A stretch of DNA of 64,000 nucleotides, taken from the NCBI GenBank assembly GCA_040376695.1, contig JBEIQD010000001.1, positions 217,029-281,028 on the forward strand, written 5' to 3'. The position numbers were made by a program, and so were the translations under genes. A model generated the notes under the pieces. That model worked only from the letters and a program-made list of their open reading frames with translations. It was not told where the DNA came from and ran no database searches. Shown here piece after piece: positions 10,630-20,359 of this stretch (its first letter is position 1; each line of letters starts with the position of its first letter). The stretch is from Candidatus Nomurabacteria bacterium. Lineage in GTDB: Bacteria; Patescibacteriota; Minisyncoccia; Phycocordibacterales; UBA5272.

Positions 10630-10656
10630 AAAAAGCCACTCTCAGGTGGCTTTTTG
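10630..10656 (-). terminator. Intrinsic terminator (bidirectional hairpin) after the DUF305 gene
   Basis: aaaaagccactctcaggtggcttttt: GC stem flanked by A-run and T-run. Confidence 0.55.
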
Positions 10657-10668
10657 TTATCTAAAGCA

Positions 10669-11058
10669 TTATTTAAAGCTTGGCAACCAATCTCTCATGG
10701 TTTTTATTTCTACAGTTTGAGCAGAAATAATATCATTCGCAAGTTTTTTAATATCAACAGATGACGTAATTGCTAATACCTGTTGTGCCATGACAATCGC
10801 GGCTTCATGGTGTTTAATCATTTCCTCCAAGAACTGTTTCTCTGTGGTGATTGTACCCATCATATATGGATTTCCGTGCATCATGCGCTCTTCTTGCGCA
10901 GATTTTTCGTCCATGGCGTGATACATGCTGATTACTTGATTAGAGTTTGGAATAAGAGCGTTAAGTGCGTATACACCGACTCCGAATCCAATAACGATAC
11001 CAATAAATAAATTCCAAAAGTTAACTTTACTTCCTACGTGTGCGATATACTTTTTCAT
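10669..11058 (-). CDS. DUF305-family membrane-anchored protein
   Basis: N-terminal TM segment, then the HHEAAIVMA motif characteristic of DUF305. Confidence 0.6.
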   Translation of the reverse strand: MKKYIAHVGSKVNFWNLFIGIVIGFGVGVYALNALIPNSNQVISMYHAMDEKSAQEERMMHGNPYMMGTITTEKQFLEEMIKHHEAAIVMAQQVLAITSSVDIKKLANDIISAQTVEIKTMRDWLPSFK

Positions 11059-11123
11059 ATGCCTTTAAGTATACCAAAGAAAAGAGCGTCCATGGACGCT
11101 CTTTTGGATAGCCTTGCGGCAAT

Positions 11124-12047
11124 TCAGGATATATCAAACGCCGATCCTGACTTCGCGGTGGAAATAAACTCACTGTACATCTTTGCAACAGCATCAGAAT
11201 GGAATTTAACTTCGTTTTCCACCCAATCCTTATCTTCCTGCCTGAAAAACGGATTGGTAAGGTACCAACCCAATAGCTTGTGTGCTTGGTAGAACGCCAT
11301 TGATGGTCGACGGGAAAGAGGTGTGATCATCTTTACGATAGCGTTCATGAACACTTCCCTTGACCGATCCCTCTTTGCATTTCGACGCACCCTCTCAACA
11401 TCGTACATCACCTTGACAGCTATCTGAACTGCTCCACTTAGAGGTGCGGTCTCTGTGGCGGAGCGAAGCACCGATTCGAGTGTCTCTTGATCCAGGCTCT
11501 TGGGGTCGCGCCTATACATGAGCTCGAGTATCTGCGCACGAGCAAGCGGTGTGATCGCATGATTCTGCGCCCATACGCCGACAAGCTCGATAGGGAGAAG
11601 ATCATGATGTTCCTTATCAGCAAGAAACATCATTACATCTTGCTCTGAAACCGTTTGCACCAACCGCGCAACATCAATCAGCTCTTCGGAAGAAAACAGA
11701 GCTTTTCCATTCCGTGTCAAAGCCTTGATATCTTGAAGGTGTAGGTACGGTCGAGTGGAACGCACGCTTTCACTTTGCAATCCGTAGAACTTGATGAGAT
11801 CGCCTTTATGAAGAAGCTTTTGCTTCACAGCTTCCTCAAGCAGGAACCGTAATTGATGGCGCGAAATGTTGACTGCCACAAACGGTAGGTTCGCCATTAG
11901 GCTGGCACGGTTGCCTCCCCAATGTGCGATCATCTTGCGAGGCCAGGAGTCGTTGTTCGCAAGCGGCTCATCGTCCTCAAGGATACGCAGACCTCCCTTA
12001 GGAAGGAGCTCCCGAGAGAGCACCACTAATGCCGTGGATTTTTTCAT
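11124..12047 (-). CDS. Hypothetical protein, GC-rich (about 50-52% by eye); likely horizontally acquired
   Basis: 307-aa ORF with markedly higher GC than its flanks; no confidently recognisable motif. Confidence 0.5.
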   Translation of the reverse strand: MKKSTALVVLSRELLPKGGLRILEDDEPLANNDSWPRKMIAHWGGNRASLMANLPFVAVNISRHQLRFLLEEAVKQKLLHKGDLIKFYGLQSESVRSTRPYLHLQDIKALTRNGKALFSSEELIDVARLVQTVSEQDVMMFLADKEHHDLLPIELVGVWAQNHAITPLARAQILELMYRRDPKSLDQETLESVLRSATETAPLSGAVQIAVKVMYDVERVRRNAKRDRSREVFMNAIVKMITPLSRRPSMAFYQAHKLLGWYLTNPFFRQEDKDWVENEVKFHSDAVAKMYSEFISTAKSGSAFDIS

Positions 12048-12095
12048 GGAATTTCTCCTGTTTGTTCAACTGTTTATAACCCTAACATTCCAAAT

Positions 12096-12125
12096 CAAAA
12101 ACCGCCAGACTGGCGGTTTTTGATT
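12096..12125 (-). terminator. Intrinsic terminator after the peroxiredoxin gene
   Basis: aaaaaccgccagactggcggttttt hairpin plus T-run. Confidence 0.6.
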
Positions 12126-12147
12126 TTTCTATCTACATCAAATGGAT

Positions 12148-12687
12148 TTATTTTGACTTTAAGTAGTTTAGAATCGTATCTGCATCAGATACCTCAAACG
12201 GATCAGTTGGGCAGTTATCTCCAAACTCTGGTTCGACAAACATTTTTTCAATAACACCATCAACAACAATCATTGAATATCTCCATGAACGCTCTCCAAA
12301 TCCTAGATTTGTTTTCTTCACGAGCATTCCCATACCACGAGTAAAGTCTGCGTTTCCATCTGGAAGCATAGAAACTTTTTCAAGTCCAAGCTTAAGCTTC
12401 CACTGATACATAACGAATGCATCGTTTACAGAAAGACAGTACACCTCATCAACTCCTACAGCTTTAAATTCATCATACTTCGCTTCATATCCTGGAGCGT
12501 GTGTAGAAGAACATGTTGGAGTAAAAGCACCAGGAAGTGAAAATACTACAACTTTCTTTCCTTTAAATATCTCGTCCGTTGTCACGTCCTGCCACTTAAA
12601 TGGATTTTCTCCACCAATTGAATCGTCACGAACGCGAGTCTTAAACGTTACCTGCGGTACAGGGTTTCCTTCAGTTAAATGTGACAT
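12148..12687 (-). CDS. Peroxiredoxin, Prx5/type II (redoxin fold)
   Basis: PGAFTPTCS peroxidatic-cysteine motif typical of Prx5-type peroxiredoxins. Confidence 0.85.
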   Translation of the reverse strand: MSHLTEGNPVPQVTFKTRVRDDSIGGENPFKWQDVTTDEIFKGKKVVVFSLPGAFTPTCSSTHAPGYEAKYDEFKAVGVDEVYCLSVNDAFVMYQWKLKLGLEKVSMLPDGNADFTRGMGMLVKKTNLGFGERSWRYSMIVVDGVIEKMFVEPEFGDNCPTDPFEVSDADTILNYLKSK

Positions 12688-12756
12688 AGTAAATTTACAA
12701 TTTTATATAATGCTTAATAACAAAACCTTGTAAGGTTATATTCACTATACCACATT

Positions 12757-12785
12757 AAAAACCACCCTTTAAGGGTGGTTTTTAA
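12757..12785 (-). terminator. Intrinsic terminator after the DEAD-box helicase
   Basis: aaaaaccaccctttaagggtggttttt hairpin plus T-run. Confidence 0.6.
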
Positions 12786-12796
12786 TGATGTTATTG

Positions 12797-14134
12797 TTAT
12801 CGACCTGGTACAAACGTAAGAGCGTGTCCTAGTTTAGTTCCGCGTCCTGTACGACCAATACGGTGAACGTATGTTTCGTAGTTGTTAGGCACATCGTAAT
12901 TAACAACAAGGTTAATATCGTTGATATCAAGCCCACGTGCTGCAACGTCAGTTGCAATCACTACCTGCACCTTACCTGATCCAAGTGCCTTAACAGCTCG
13001 CTCTCGCTCGCGGTTATGCATGTCTCCGTGAAGAGCAAGCGCTTTGAATCCACGCTTTGAAAGTTCTTCTGCAAGACCATCCACATGACGCTTCATTTCT
13101 CGGAAGATAAGTACCTTTGAGTACTCTGGTTTAAGAAGAATCTCGTGAAGAGCTTCAACCTTTCCAGCATCCCCATTAACGCGAACAACATCCTGCATAA
13201 CAGATGACGCTGTATCACGACTCTTGATAGAGATAGTAACTGGATCCTTAAGGAAGTCAGTACAGAGTCTCTTAATTTCTGGAGAAAATGTAGCTGAGAA
13301 GAATAGTCCCTGCTTTGCTTTTGGCATAGCACCTAGAATAGAACGCATGTCGTCGATGAATCCCATATCAAGCATACGATCCGCTTCGTCAAGTACAATA
13401 CTGTCAAAGTAATCCATCTTGATCTTTCCACGTTCGATAAGGTCCATGACACGTCCTGGAGTACCGATAACGGCATTCACTCCAAGTTCGAGTTCACGAA
13501 TCTGTCGCATAATTGGTGCACCTCCCACACACGGTACAGAGAAAAGCTTCATACCACGAGTAAACGCGATAAATTCTGCTTCCACCTGAAGAGCAAGCTC
13601 TCGTGTTGGTGTAAGAATCATCATCTTATGATTGTTATCAGCAACAAGCTTGTTGATAAGAGGAATAAGAAAGGCCGCAGTCTTTCCTGTTCCTGTTGAG
13701 GCAATACCAATCACATCCTTACCTTCAAGAACAACAGGGATAGCCTGGTCCTGAATTGGAGATGGAGTGATAAGTCCTTTTGCCGTTAGGTTTGCTGATA
13801 GAAGTTCAGCGATACCAAAGTCAGTAAACTTATGCTTTGCAGTATAGTTGTCTGTTTCAGTAACACCAGCTTCTTTGTTAATAAAAAGTTTTTCATCAAT
13901 GTAATCCTTTCTGAATCCACGCTTTGGATTAAATGAACGAGCGCCGCCTTGAGCTGGACCACGTCCAAATCCTCCACGCGCTGGGCCACGAGATGAACCT
14001 CCGCGAGAATAGCCTCCGTCGTTTGAACGAGAGCCTCCACGTGGTGCACGAGTCTCAGATGAGAAACGTGACGAAGAACGATTGTGTGGTCGTGCATCAG
14101 AAGAAGACGAACCACCTGTTGTGATTGTATACAT
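12797..14134 (-). CDS. DEAD-box ATP-dependent RNA helicase with an N-terminal Arg/Gly/Ser-rich tail
   Basis: Q-motif region, Walker A ASTGTGKT, DEAD (VLDEADRML), SAT and HRIGRTGR motifs; an RGG-like low-complexity N-terminus of about 75 aa. Confidence 0.9.
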   Translation of the reverse strand: MYTITTGGSSSSDARPHNRSSSRFSSETRAPRGGSRSNDGGYSRGGSSRGPARGGFGRGPAQGGARSFNPKRGFRKDYIDEKLFINKEAGVTETDNYTAKHKFTDFGIAELLSANLTAKGLITPSPIQDQAIPVVLEGKDVIGIASTGTGKTAAFLIPLINKLVADNNHKMMILTPTRELALQVEAEFIAFTRGMKLFSVPCVGGAPIMRQIRELELGVNAVIGTPGRVMDLIERGKIKMDYFDSIVLDEADRMLDMGFIDDMRSILGAMPKAKQGLFFSATFSPEIKRLCTDFLKDPVTISIKSRDTASSVMQDVVRVNGDAGKVEALHEILLKPEYSKVLIFREMKRHVDGLAEELSKRGFKALALHGDMHNRERERAVKALGSGKVQVVIATDVAARGLDINDINLVVNYDVPNNYETYVHRIGRTGRGTKLGHALTFVPGR

Positions 14135-14389
14135 ATATAGTTTTGATTGAAGGACTCACGAAACCAGCAATAGTTGCTTGAATGCTAATTCAAGCTTAGG
14201 CCAGCTGCACCAATCCTGATTGGTTAAATTATTTGCGCTCGATTTCTTTCGATGAAACCTCTTCTATCTGTAAAGACAGATGTATGGTTATCGCAACGCG
14301 TCAAATAAAACCTGACTACACGAGATATCCATAAGGAAATAATATATCTATTCTATCAGATAAGAAGGGAAATGTCAAGATATATAAAG

Positions 14390-14425
14390 AAAAACCCGCC
14401 TAGACGAATTTTTCGTCGGCGGGTT
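14390..14425 (-). terminator. Intrinsic terminator after the receiver-domain gene
   Basis: aaaaacccgcctagacgaatttttcgtcggcgggtt nested hairpin abutting the stop codon. Confidence 0.5.
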
Positions 14426-14858
14426 AGTTTTGTTCAGAGACTTCATGTGAAGTCGCAGGAGGCCTCTTAGTTAAAGCAAGACACATCTTCACGATATCTC
14501 GGGGACCGAAAACACCTTTGCTGTAGGCTTGGGCATATCCCGCCGACTTGATTGTTTCAAGATGTTGATTACTTGAAGACAAATAAATAACCTGGCCAGC
14601 AAAGGAGAGCTGCTGGAGCTCAGCCAAGAAAATAAGCCCTGCTGACTTGTTGATGGGACTTATTGAAGAATCAGGATATTGACCATCCGTTACCACAATG
14701 TCATACGGCATTGCCGCAAACTTGACCCGCGCATCTTCCAGAGTGGAAGCATACACAGGCTCAATGACATCAAGGTGGTCACAGAACCACATTTCCAACA
14801 TATCCAACCAATCCTTGTTATCCTCAACAAGAAGAATCGATATTTTTTTATCTGCCAT
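14424..14858 (-). CDS. Stand-alone response-regulator receiver (CheY-like) domain protein
   Basis: ILLVEDN...IVVTDGQYP receiver-domain pattern; 144 aa, no output domain. Confidence 0.6.
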   Translation of the reverse strand: MADKKISILLVEDNKDWLDMLEMWFCDHLDVIEPVYASTLEDARVKFAAMPYDIVVTDGQYPDSSISPINKSAGLIFLAELQQLSFAGQVIYLSSSNQHLETIKSAGYAQAYSKGVFGPRDIVKMCLALTKRPPATSHEVSEQN

Positions 14859-14925
14859 GTTGTAAAGAACTCCAATTAGAAATTGTATACTAAACTCAGT
14901 TATTTATTATACAATATAAAAATAT

Positions 14926-15675
14926 TTAGTCAAATTTTATACTTACCGCACAATCGTGACCGTACGGATCTTTCAAAAATGAGTAGTTAGTAAAGCCACA
15001 CTCCTTAACCAGCTCTTCAATATGTGTACGTTGAGTAATATCAAATTCTAAATACAATACCCCGTCTTTTTTCATAAAATCCTTTGCGCGAGATAGTACT
15101 TGTGTATGGAAGTAAAACCCCTCCTCTTTATCAAAAAATGAAAGCGGTGCTTCAGCGTGAAGTTCCTTCATTACCTCTTCTTTCATGCTTTGAGGTACAT
15201 ACGGTGGCACCGCAAATATCACGTCATATGTTCCCCCTGCTCCTTCCCAGGTATCTCCAGTAAGAACTCGCGCGCGAAGTTTTTTAATATTGTTTCTTAT
15301 AATTGAATGTTCAATCCCTGGTTTTAACTTTGGATCAAGCTCGATGAAATCAACCGTCGCTTCAGGGATATTCCTCGCAACTGCAAGGCCAACATTTCCC
15401 GAACCAGCAAAGAGATCGAGCACTCGAAGCACAAAGAGGCGCTTCGTTCTCATAATGTCTTCTATCGCCTGCTTAACCCAAAACTCTGTTTCAGGGCGAG
15501 GAATCATTGGACGCAGTGATAAATCCACCTTTGCGCCAGCAAACACTATCTCGCCTAAAAGATATTCAAAAGCTTCACCATCAGTCATTCTCTTTACGTC
15601 TTCAAGAAGTTCTGGGGTTTCGATTCCTTTGTACTTTTCTTTACGCAGACGCGCAACTTTATCTTCAAATTTCAT
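14926..15675 (-). CDS. HemK/PrmC-family protein-(glutamine-N5) methyltransferase-like
   Basis: SAM-binding LDLFAGSGNVGLA motif; motif IV present as VPPY (variant of NPPY). Confidence 0.65.
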   Translation of the reverse strand: MKFEDKVARLRKEKYKGIETPELLEDVKRMTDGEAFEYLLGEIVFAGAKVDLSLRPMIPRPETEFWVKQAIEDIMRTKRLFVLRVLDLFAGSGNVGLAVARNIPEATVDFIELDPKLKPGIEHSIIRNNIKKLRARVLTGDTWEGAGGTYDVIFAVPPYVPQSMKEEVMKELHAEAPLSFFDKEEGFYFHTQVLSRAKDFMKKDGVLYLEFDITQRTHIEELVKECGFTNYSFLKDPYGHDCAVSIKFD

Positions 15676-15695
15676 ATGACTTTTATACTAGGATA

Positions 15696-16436
15696 CTACC
15701 ACACCTTTGCTGAATAGCTCGTAAACAAAGGAGTCTCCTTACTGGTTTCTATACGTAGATCTCTTGCGCCCACCAACTTCCATTGTGACACCAGTTGAGC
15801 TACGTAGACACTTGGATCGATGAATGACCCCTTCCAACCCCTCGTCTCTGCAGCAGTTTTAAAATGTGTATCAACGAGCGGGTAATGCGTACAGCCATAC
15901 AAAATATGCGTTGCGCCGACAGATATCACAGCATCTATACTTTCATTAATGGATATTTCTATAGCCCCAGAATCTTGTGTCTCAATTTCTCCAGCGAGGC
16001 CAGAAGGAACATGTGTTGAGACTGTGATTCCTTTCATATTTAAAATGCTCTGATACAGCCCGGAAGCAATTGTTGTATGTGTTGCAAGAATTAACACATG
16101 TGAACTATGTTCAAATGGAATCAAATTCACCGCATCAATCATGTCGATATACTGTTCCTTCGGAATACCACTTTCTTGTAAAAGCTTTTCTGTTGTATTC
16201 ACGGACATACTATTACAGGCACTAACAAAATGAGTGACACCTTTTGATTGTAATTGTTGTAGTATCTCACTCACGAAAAGTGCTATCTCGGACTCACGGC
16301 GATTACCGTATGGCGCTCGAGCACAATCTCCAAAATACAGAATGTCTGCATCGGTTACTTTGCGGAGTTCTTGTAATACTGAAAACCCGCCGACACCAGA
16401 ATCAAAAATACCTAAAAGAGGTGTTTGTTCTTTCAT
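15696..16436 (-). CDS. murI: Glutamate racemase
   Basis: LGIFDSGVGGFSV N-terminal motif and a second catalytic-Cys region (YGCTHYP). Confidence 0.85.
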   Translation of the reverse strand: MKEQTPLLGIFDSGVGGFSVLQELRKVTDADILYFGDCARAPYGNRRESEIALFVSEILQQLQSKGVTHFVSACNSMSVNTTEKLLQESGIPKEQYIDMIDAVNLIPFEHSSHVLILATHTTIASGLYQSILNMKGITVSTHVPSGLAGEIETQDSGAIEISINESIDAVISVGATHILYGCTHYPLVDTHFKTAAETRGWKGSFIDPSVYVAQLVSQWKLVGARDLRIETSKETPLFTSYSAKVW

Positions 16437-17327
16437 TTAGCCGCGCACTCTTTGTACTACTCGCACGGTCGACTTCTCACATTTCTCACCACAAAATCCT
16501 GGACCTTCTGCTGACATGCAGTTGTTGCAGATAAGAAACAGCATATTACATTCTGCGTTGGCGCAATTTTGGTACTGTTCATTAGGAGCATCGCATCGTT
16601 TACACTTTCCAACAATCTCTCTGTTTCCACCAAAATTCATCACAAGACGATCATCAAACGTAAAGAGTGTTCCTTTAAAATGCCCTTCTGGATATTTCTC
16701 CATGTATGAATGCATGCCGCCATCTAATTGATGCACATCTTTAAATCCTTTATGAAGGAGGTATGCTGACATCTTTTCACAACGAACACCACCGGTACAA
16801 ACAGTAACAATTTTCTTTCCCTCTTCCACTTTCAGGTCTTCAACTATTTTTGGAAGTTCACGTGAAGCGTCCATGCCGGGATCGATTGAATTTGCAAAAT
16901 GCCCAGACTCAAACTCATATGAGTTGCGCATATCCACCACTACGAAATCTTCCTTGTTTTCATAGAGCGCATGAAGTTCATCTGGAGACATGTACGGAGC
17001 AGTTTGCACACGTGGATCAATCTCTTTTCCAAAGCGTGTTCCTACTATCTCATTACGAACCTTAATCATGCATCGAGGAAATGAAGCTCCGTTCCCAACA
17101 CTACGTTTAATCTGCATATCAGAAAATCGAACGTCAGTAAGAAGCTCAAGAAGAAAGGCTTCAGTATTTTCTACTGTTCCTTCAAGAGTTGAATTAATAC
17201 CCTCTTCAGCGATAATTGTTCGTCCTTTAAGTTGATACTTATCACATAGCGCTCGATATAAACCCATAAGTTCTTTTGGGTTTTCAATAGTTACGTATTT
17301 ATAGAAAAGTAATACCTGATACGACAT
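16437..17327 (-). CDS. trhO: Rhodanese-domain tRNA uridine(34) hydroxylase TrhO/YceA family (UPF0176) with a C-terminal Cys-rich extension
   Basis: N-terminal LLFYKY signature and rhodanese active-site Cys (VCTGGVRC); start placed at MSYQVLLFYKY. The C-terminus carries a CxxC...C cluster. Confidence 0.8.
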   Translation of the reverse strand: MSYQVLLFYKYVTIENPKELMGLYRALCDKYQLKGRTIIAEEGINSTLEGTVENTEAFLLELLTDVRFSDMQIKRSVGNGASFPRCMIKVRNEIVGTRFGKEIDPRVQTAPYMSPDELHALYENKEDFVVVDMRNSYEFESGHFANSIDPGMDASRELPKIVEDLKVEEGKKIVTVCTGGVRCEKMSAYLLHKGFKDVHQLDGGMHSYMEKYPEGHFKGTLFTFDDRLVMNFGGNREIVGKCKRCDAPNEQYQNCANAECNMLFLICNNCMSAEGPGFCGEKCEKSTVRVVQRVRG

Positions 17328-17367
17328 AGTTGTATATATGTTCGATTCTAACAGAAAAGACTCTTCT

Positions 17368-17655
17368 TTAAAAATGCGCAAACATGTATATGAAGGCAAG
17401 AAAAAATAGTACAGAAACTATACGCATAGAAACAAATGAAATCACAACAAGAAACCACAAAGGAAAAGGTGTAATAACATATCCAATACTTATGATAATT
17501 AATTTCGGAACAAGAAAAATAAACACCCATTGATTGATAAGTGAGAAGCCTTTAAGCCAATCCATAAGTGCCGCAAGTCCAAAGAAGAAAAAGATACAGA
17601 AGACTTTTATACCTGAAGCAACAACACCAATTGATTCCTTAGGAAGAGAAAACAT
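17368..17655 (-). CDS. Possible small multi-TM membrane protein (weak)
   Basis: 95-aa ORF with 2-3 hydrophobic segments; no other support. Confidence 0.25.
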   Translation of the reverse strand: MFSLPKESIGVVASGIKVFCIFFFFGLAALMDWLKGFSLINQWVFIFLVPKLIIISIGYVITPFPLWFLVVISFVSMRIVSVLFFLAFIYMFAHF

Positions 17656-17698
17656 AAACAGCTATAGTAGCACATGAAAATACCGCAAAGAATACTTT

Positions 17699-18943
17699 TT
17701 GATTGTGGTACACTCAAGTACATTATTTCTTCAATTTTCAGATTATCTTTCCGCTATGGCTCAATCGTTCTCAACAAAAAAGTACTTTTCAAAAATTTTT
17801 TCACATACACTGGTCTCAGAACTTATAGCAAATCATGGGGCGCAAGCCTTCTTTGAAATAAACGATCAGACTCCACGAAAACTTGCCGTACAATTGATGG
17901 AAGACTCAATTAAATCCCTCGAGACAGCGACACGTCTTGAAGTATTAAAAGATCTTTCATACATCTCATCGATTACAAGTCCGCATACTGCTTCGCTTGG
18001 GAAAAAACTTTTTAAAGAAGAGGTTGGTACAGACTTTGAGCCAGAAATTGAATGCACAAGTGACCACGATGTTGTTCTCTATCTTTTCCTCCGTCACGAA
18101 ACAATTGCAGACAAGCTCGCCTTTCTTTTTCCATTCTATGCCTCAAAGAGTTATATTTCTTATGAAGCAAAAAATATTGGAAAAGTTGAATCAGAAACAA
18201 AGTTAACTGAGTTGTCGCGCGAATTTACACGTCTAGCCAATAAAGATGACAATGCAACAGAGCAAGAAATGGAACACCTCTACCTAGAAAACATTCTCTA
18301 TATTGAATCAAAGTTCCAAGGGTCATACGATGTAGAGAGTAAACTAGATGCGACAACAGGAGAGATAACAAGAAAACATGTGACTCGAAAAATTGAGAAA
18401 GTTCGCATCGCATACCTACCTGAAGAGGAAATGGTTCTTATTGCTGGAAATGTTTCCAAACCACAGAAGATGATTTTTATGGACACCTTCCTTCGAATTG
18501 TTTGCGCAAGCGGATATGAAGAAAAAGTAGAACAATTTGATTTTACCCCCCTTAAAAACCTAACGCTAGATTTTACGCAATACAATAAAGGCACTCCTTT
18601 TATTAAAGCAAGTATAAGCTCCGTCACCATTTCATACGCTGAGGGTAAAAAGAAGCTTCGACTCATGCTTCCTGGAACGCGCGAACATAGCGGCATGCAA
18701 GCGCTCTCTGAAACGCTCGCTGAACTTGGACTTGAATCACGGTGGAGTTCTTTTGATATTATTAACATGTCGTTTAAGTTCATGTTCCAAAATAAAGAAA
18801 AACAAGATAAAGCTGTAAATGTTACGTGTTCAATTTCTGCAGTAAAAGCCTCGTTATGTCCACTGTTCGAATATGAACGCTACACGAAGCAAATTCTAAA
18901 GAATGCAGGGGTTTATAAAGGCTTTGTGCTGCTTGAAAAGTAG
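17699..18943 (+). CDS. Hypothetical protein (no recognisable domain)
   Basis: Long ORF of 414 aa, or about 395 aa from Met 17756; not overlapped by a better ORF. Confidence 0.55.
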   Translation: MIVVHSSTLFLQFSDYLSAMAQSFSTKKYFSKIFSHTLVSELIANHGAQAFFEINDQTPRKLAVQLMEDSIKSLETATRLEVLKDLSYISSITSPHTASLGKKLFKEEVGTDFEPEIECTSDHDVVLYLFLRHETIADKLAFLFPFYASKSYISYEAKNIGKVESETKLTELSREFTRLANKDDNATEQEMEHLYLENILYIESKFQGSYDVESKLDATTGEITRKHVTRKIEKVRIAYLPEEEMVLIAGNVSKPQKMIFMDTFLRIVCASGYEEKVEQFDFTPLKNLTLDFTQYNKGTPFIKASISSVTISYAEGKKKLRLMLPGTREHSGMQALSETLAELGLESRWSSFDIINMSFKFMFQNKEKQDKAVNVTCSISAVKASLCPLFEYERYTKQILKNAGVYKGFVLLEK

Positions 18944-19009
18944 AAAACAATTCTTGTGTGTAAGGCTTAGATATGGTATTATACGCACACTCTAAAAAAG
19001 AGTTGATTT

Positions 19010-19080
19010 AGCGGAGTAGAGTAGAGGTAACTCACGAGGCTCATAACCTCGGGACACCAGTTCGATTCTGGTCTCCGCAA
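19010..19080 (+). tRNA. tRNA-Met (anticodon CAT); possibly the initiator (1:72 positions appear unpaired)
   Basis: Cloverleaf: acceptor gcggag/ctccgc, T-arm accag-ttcgatt-ctggt, anticodon arm cgagg-ctcataa-cctcg. Confidence 0.8.
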
Positions 19081-19165
19081 CAAGTAAAACTACGTGACAT
19101 GGTTTAAGGTTTAAGCGCCGCCCACGTAGTTGTAGGCGGCGCTTAAACTATTGAAATAAGAATAT

Positions 19166-19239
19166 GTCAGTGTAGCTCAGTTGGTTAGAGCGTGGGACTC
19201 ATAAGCCCAAGGTCGGTGGATCGTTCCCACCCACTGACA
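19166..19239 (+). tRNA. tRNA with CAT anticodon (elongator Met or lysidine-modified Ile2)
   Basis: Acceptor gtcagtg/cactgac, D-arm gctc-agttggtta-gagc, anticodon loop ctcataa, T-arm ggtgg...ccacc. Confidence 0.7.
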
Positions 19240-19304
19240 CCCGTAGTAGACGGATTCTAGCTTTTTGCTAGAATGGATGAGACAAATAAATAGCGGTTAA
19301 ATAT

Positions 19305-19378
19305 GCGGTCGTAGCTCAGCTGGTTAGAGCACCGCCCTGTCACGGCGGGGGTCGTGGGTTCAAATCCCATCGACCGCG
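19305..19378 (+). tRNA. tRNA-Asp (GTC)
   Basis: Acceptor gcggtcg/cgaccgc, anticodon arm ccgcc-ctgtcac-ggcgg, T-arm gtggg-ttcaaat-cccat. Confidence 0.85.
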
Positions 19379-19386
19379 CAAAAAGA

Positions 19387-19416
19387 AAAAGCAATGGAAG
19401 ATTCCATTGCTTTTTC
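19387..19416 (+). terminator. Intrinsic terminator after the tRNA cluster
   Basis: aaaaagcaatggaagattccattgcttttt hairpin plus T-run. Confidence 0.55.
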
Positions 19417-19463
19417 TTTTGTAAAGTAGAACAGCTTAAAGAAAACAAGTATACTGGAAACAT

Positions 19464-20354
19464 ATGTTTGAATCCTCCCCGCAAGAATCAGGTCCAGTTG
19501 CTGAACCATTACCACCACAAACAACTCTTGAATCTATTGAGCAACAATCTCACCTTGATGCAACAACTCTCATGAAAGAGAAAAATTGTTACTTTGTTCA
19601 CATGATGCAAGTAACTAAAGCTCTTGATGTTTCTGAAAATAACAAATCAGTAGATACGAACAAACTTACCAATGCCGATAAATTAGATATTTTATACGCA
19701 GCACAGCCAACTCTTTCCACTAGTACATTACGCCCACACACCCAAGACGGAACATTTCAAGGAGGGTTTGGTGTCATTTTCTCACAAGGTAAAATTGTTT
19801 CAGCTAGTCGAGGTGATAACGGAACAATAGCAATCTCACTTTCAGAAAGAAGAATTGGTGGAGGTAATCAAAACTCGAAAGAAGAAATAGACAAAGCTAT
19901 TGATCGACCACATGGCGGTTATGGGAAGTCATACAATGAAATAGTACTTAAAGAACCAGAAGTTGCAGGCGGATTTATGAAAATTGACGGAGAATCACTG
20001 CAAAAAAGAATAAGGTTTGAAGAGGAAGTTAGAGAGTACGGACACGGACAGAGAGATGTTGTTGAAAAAGTTGGAACTCTTGATCTTTCGAACGAAAAAA
20101 ATGGTTCAATATTTGATACTCCTTTTTCAGTGTTGCTCGAGATGGAAAAGCGCGGACCTGTTTTCTTTATGAACGAAAATAATGAAATGCTCCAAGTTAC
20201 TCATATTGATGAAAAAACAAGAAAGGTGCGTTTTTCTACACGTCCAATTACCCCAAGTGACATTGCAGAAGTCTATGGTGAACATAAAATTAACAAGTAC
20301 ACAAAACAAGAAATGTTAGACAGGGTCTCAGGTAATGGAATCACTCTTTCCTAA
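19464..20354 (+). CDS. Hypothetical protein (no recognisable domain)
   Basis: 296-aa ORF followed by a strong bidirectional terminator. Confidence 0.5.
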   Translation: MFESSPQESGPVAEPLPPQTTLESIEQQSHLDATTLMKEKNCYFVHMMQVTKALDVSENNKSVDTNKLTNADKLDILYAAQPTLSTSTLRPHTQDGTFQGGFGVIFSQGKIVSASRGDNGTIAISLSERRIGGGNQNSKEEIDKAIDRPHGGYGKSYNEIVLKEPEVAGGFMKIDGESLQKRIRFEEEVREYGHGQRDVVEKVGTLDLSNEKNGSIFDTPFSVLLEMEKRGPVFFMNENNEMLQVTHIDEKTRKVRFSTRPITPSDIAEVYGEHKINKYTKQEMLDRVSGNGITLS

Positions 20355-20359
20355 TGATT

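Noticed and set aside
11124-12047. Nucleotidyltransferase (AbiEii/CD-NTase-like) assignment for the GC-rich orphan
   Set aside because: The only G-G...DD pattern (GGLRILEDDE) has the wrong spacing for the GS-x9-13-DxD pol-beta motif, so there is no support.
19257-19484. 75-aa minus-strand ORF across tRNA-Asp
   Set aside because: It overlaps a well-folded tRNA and its terminator; spurious.
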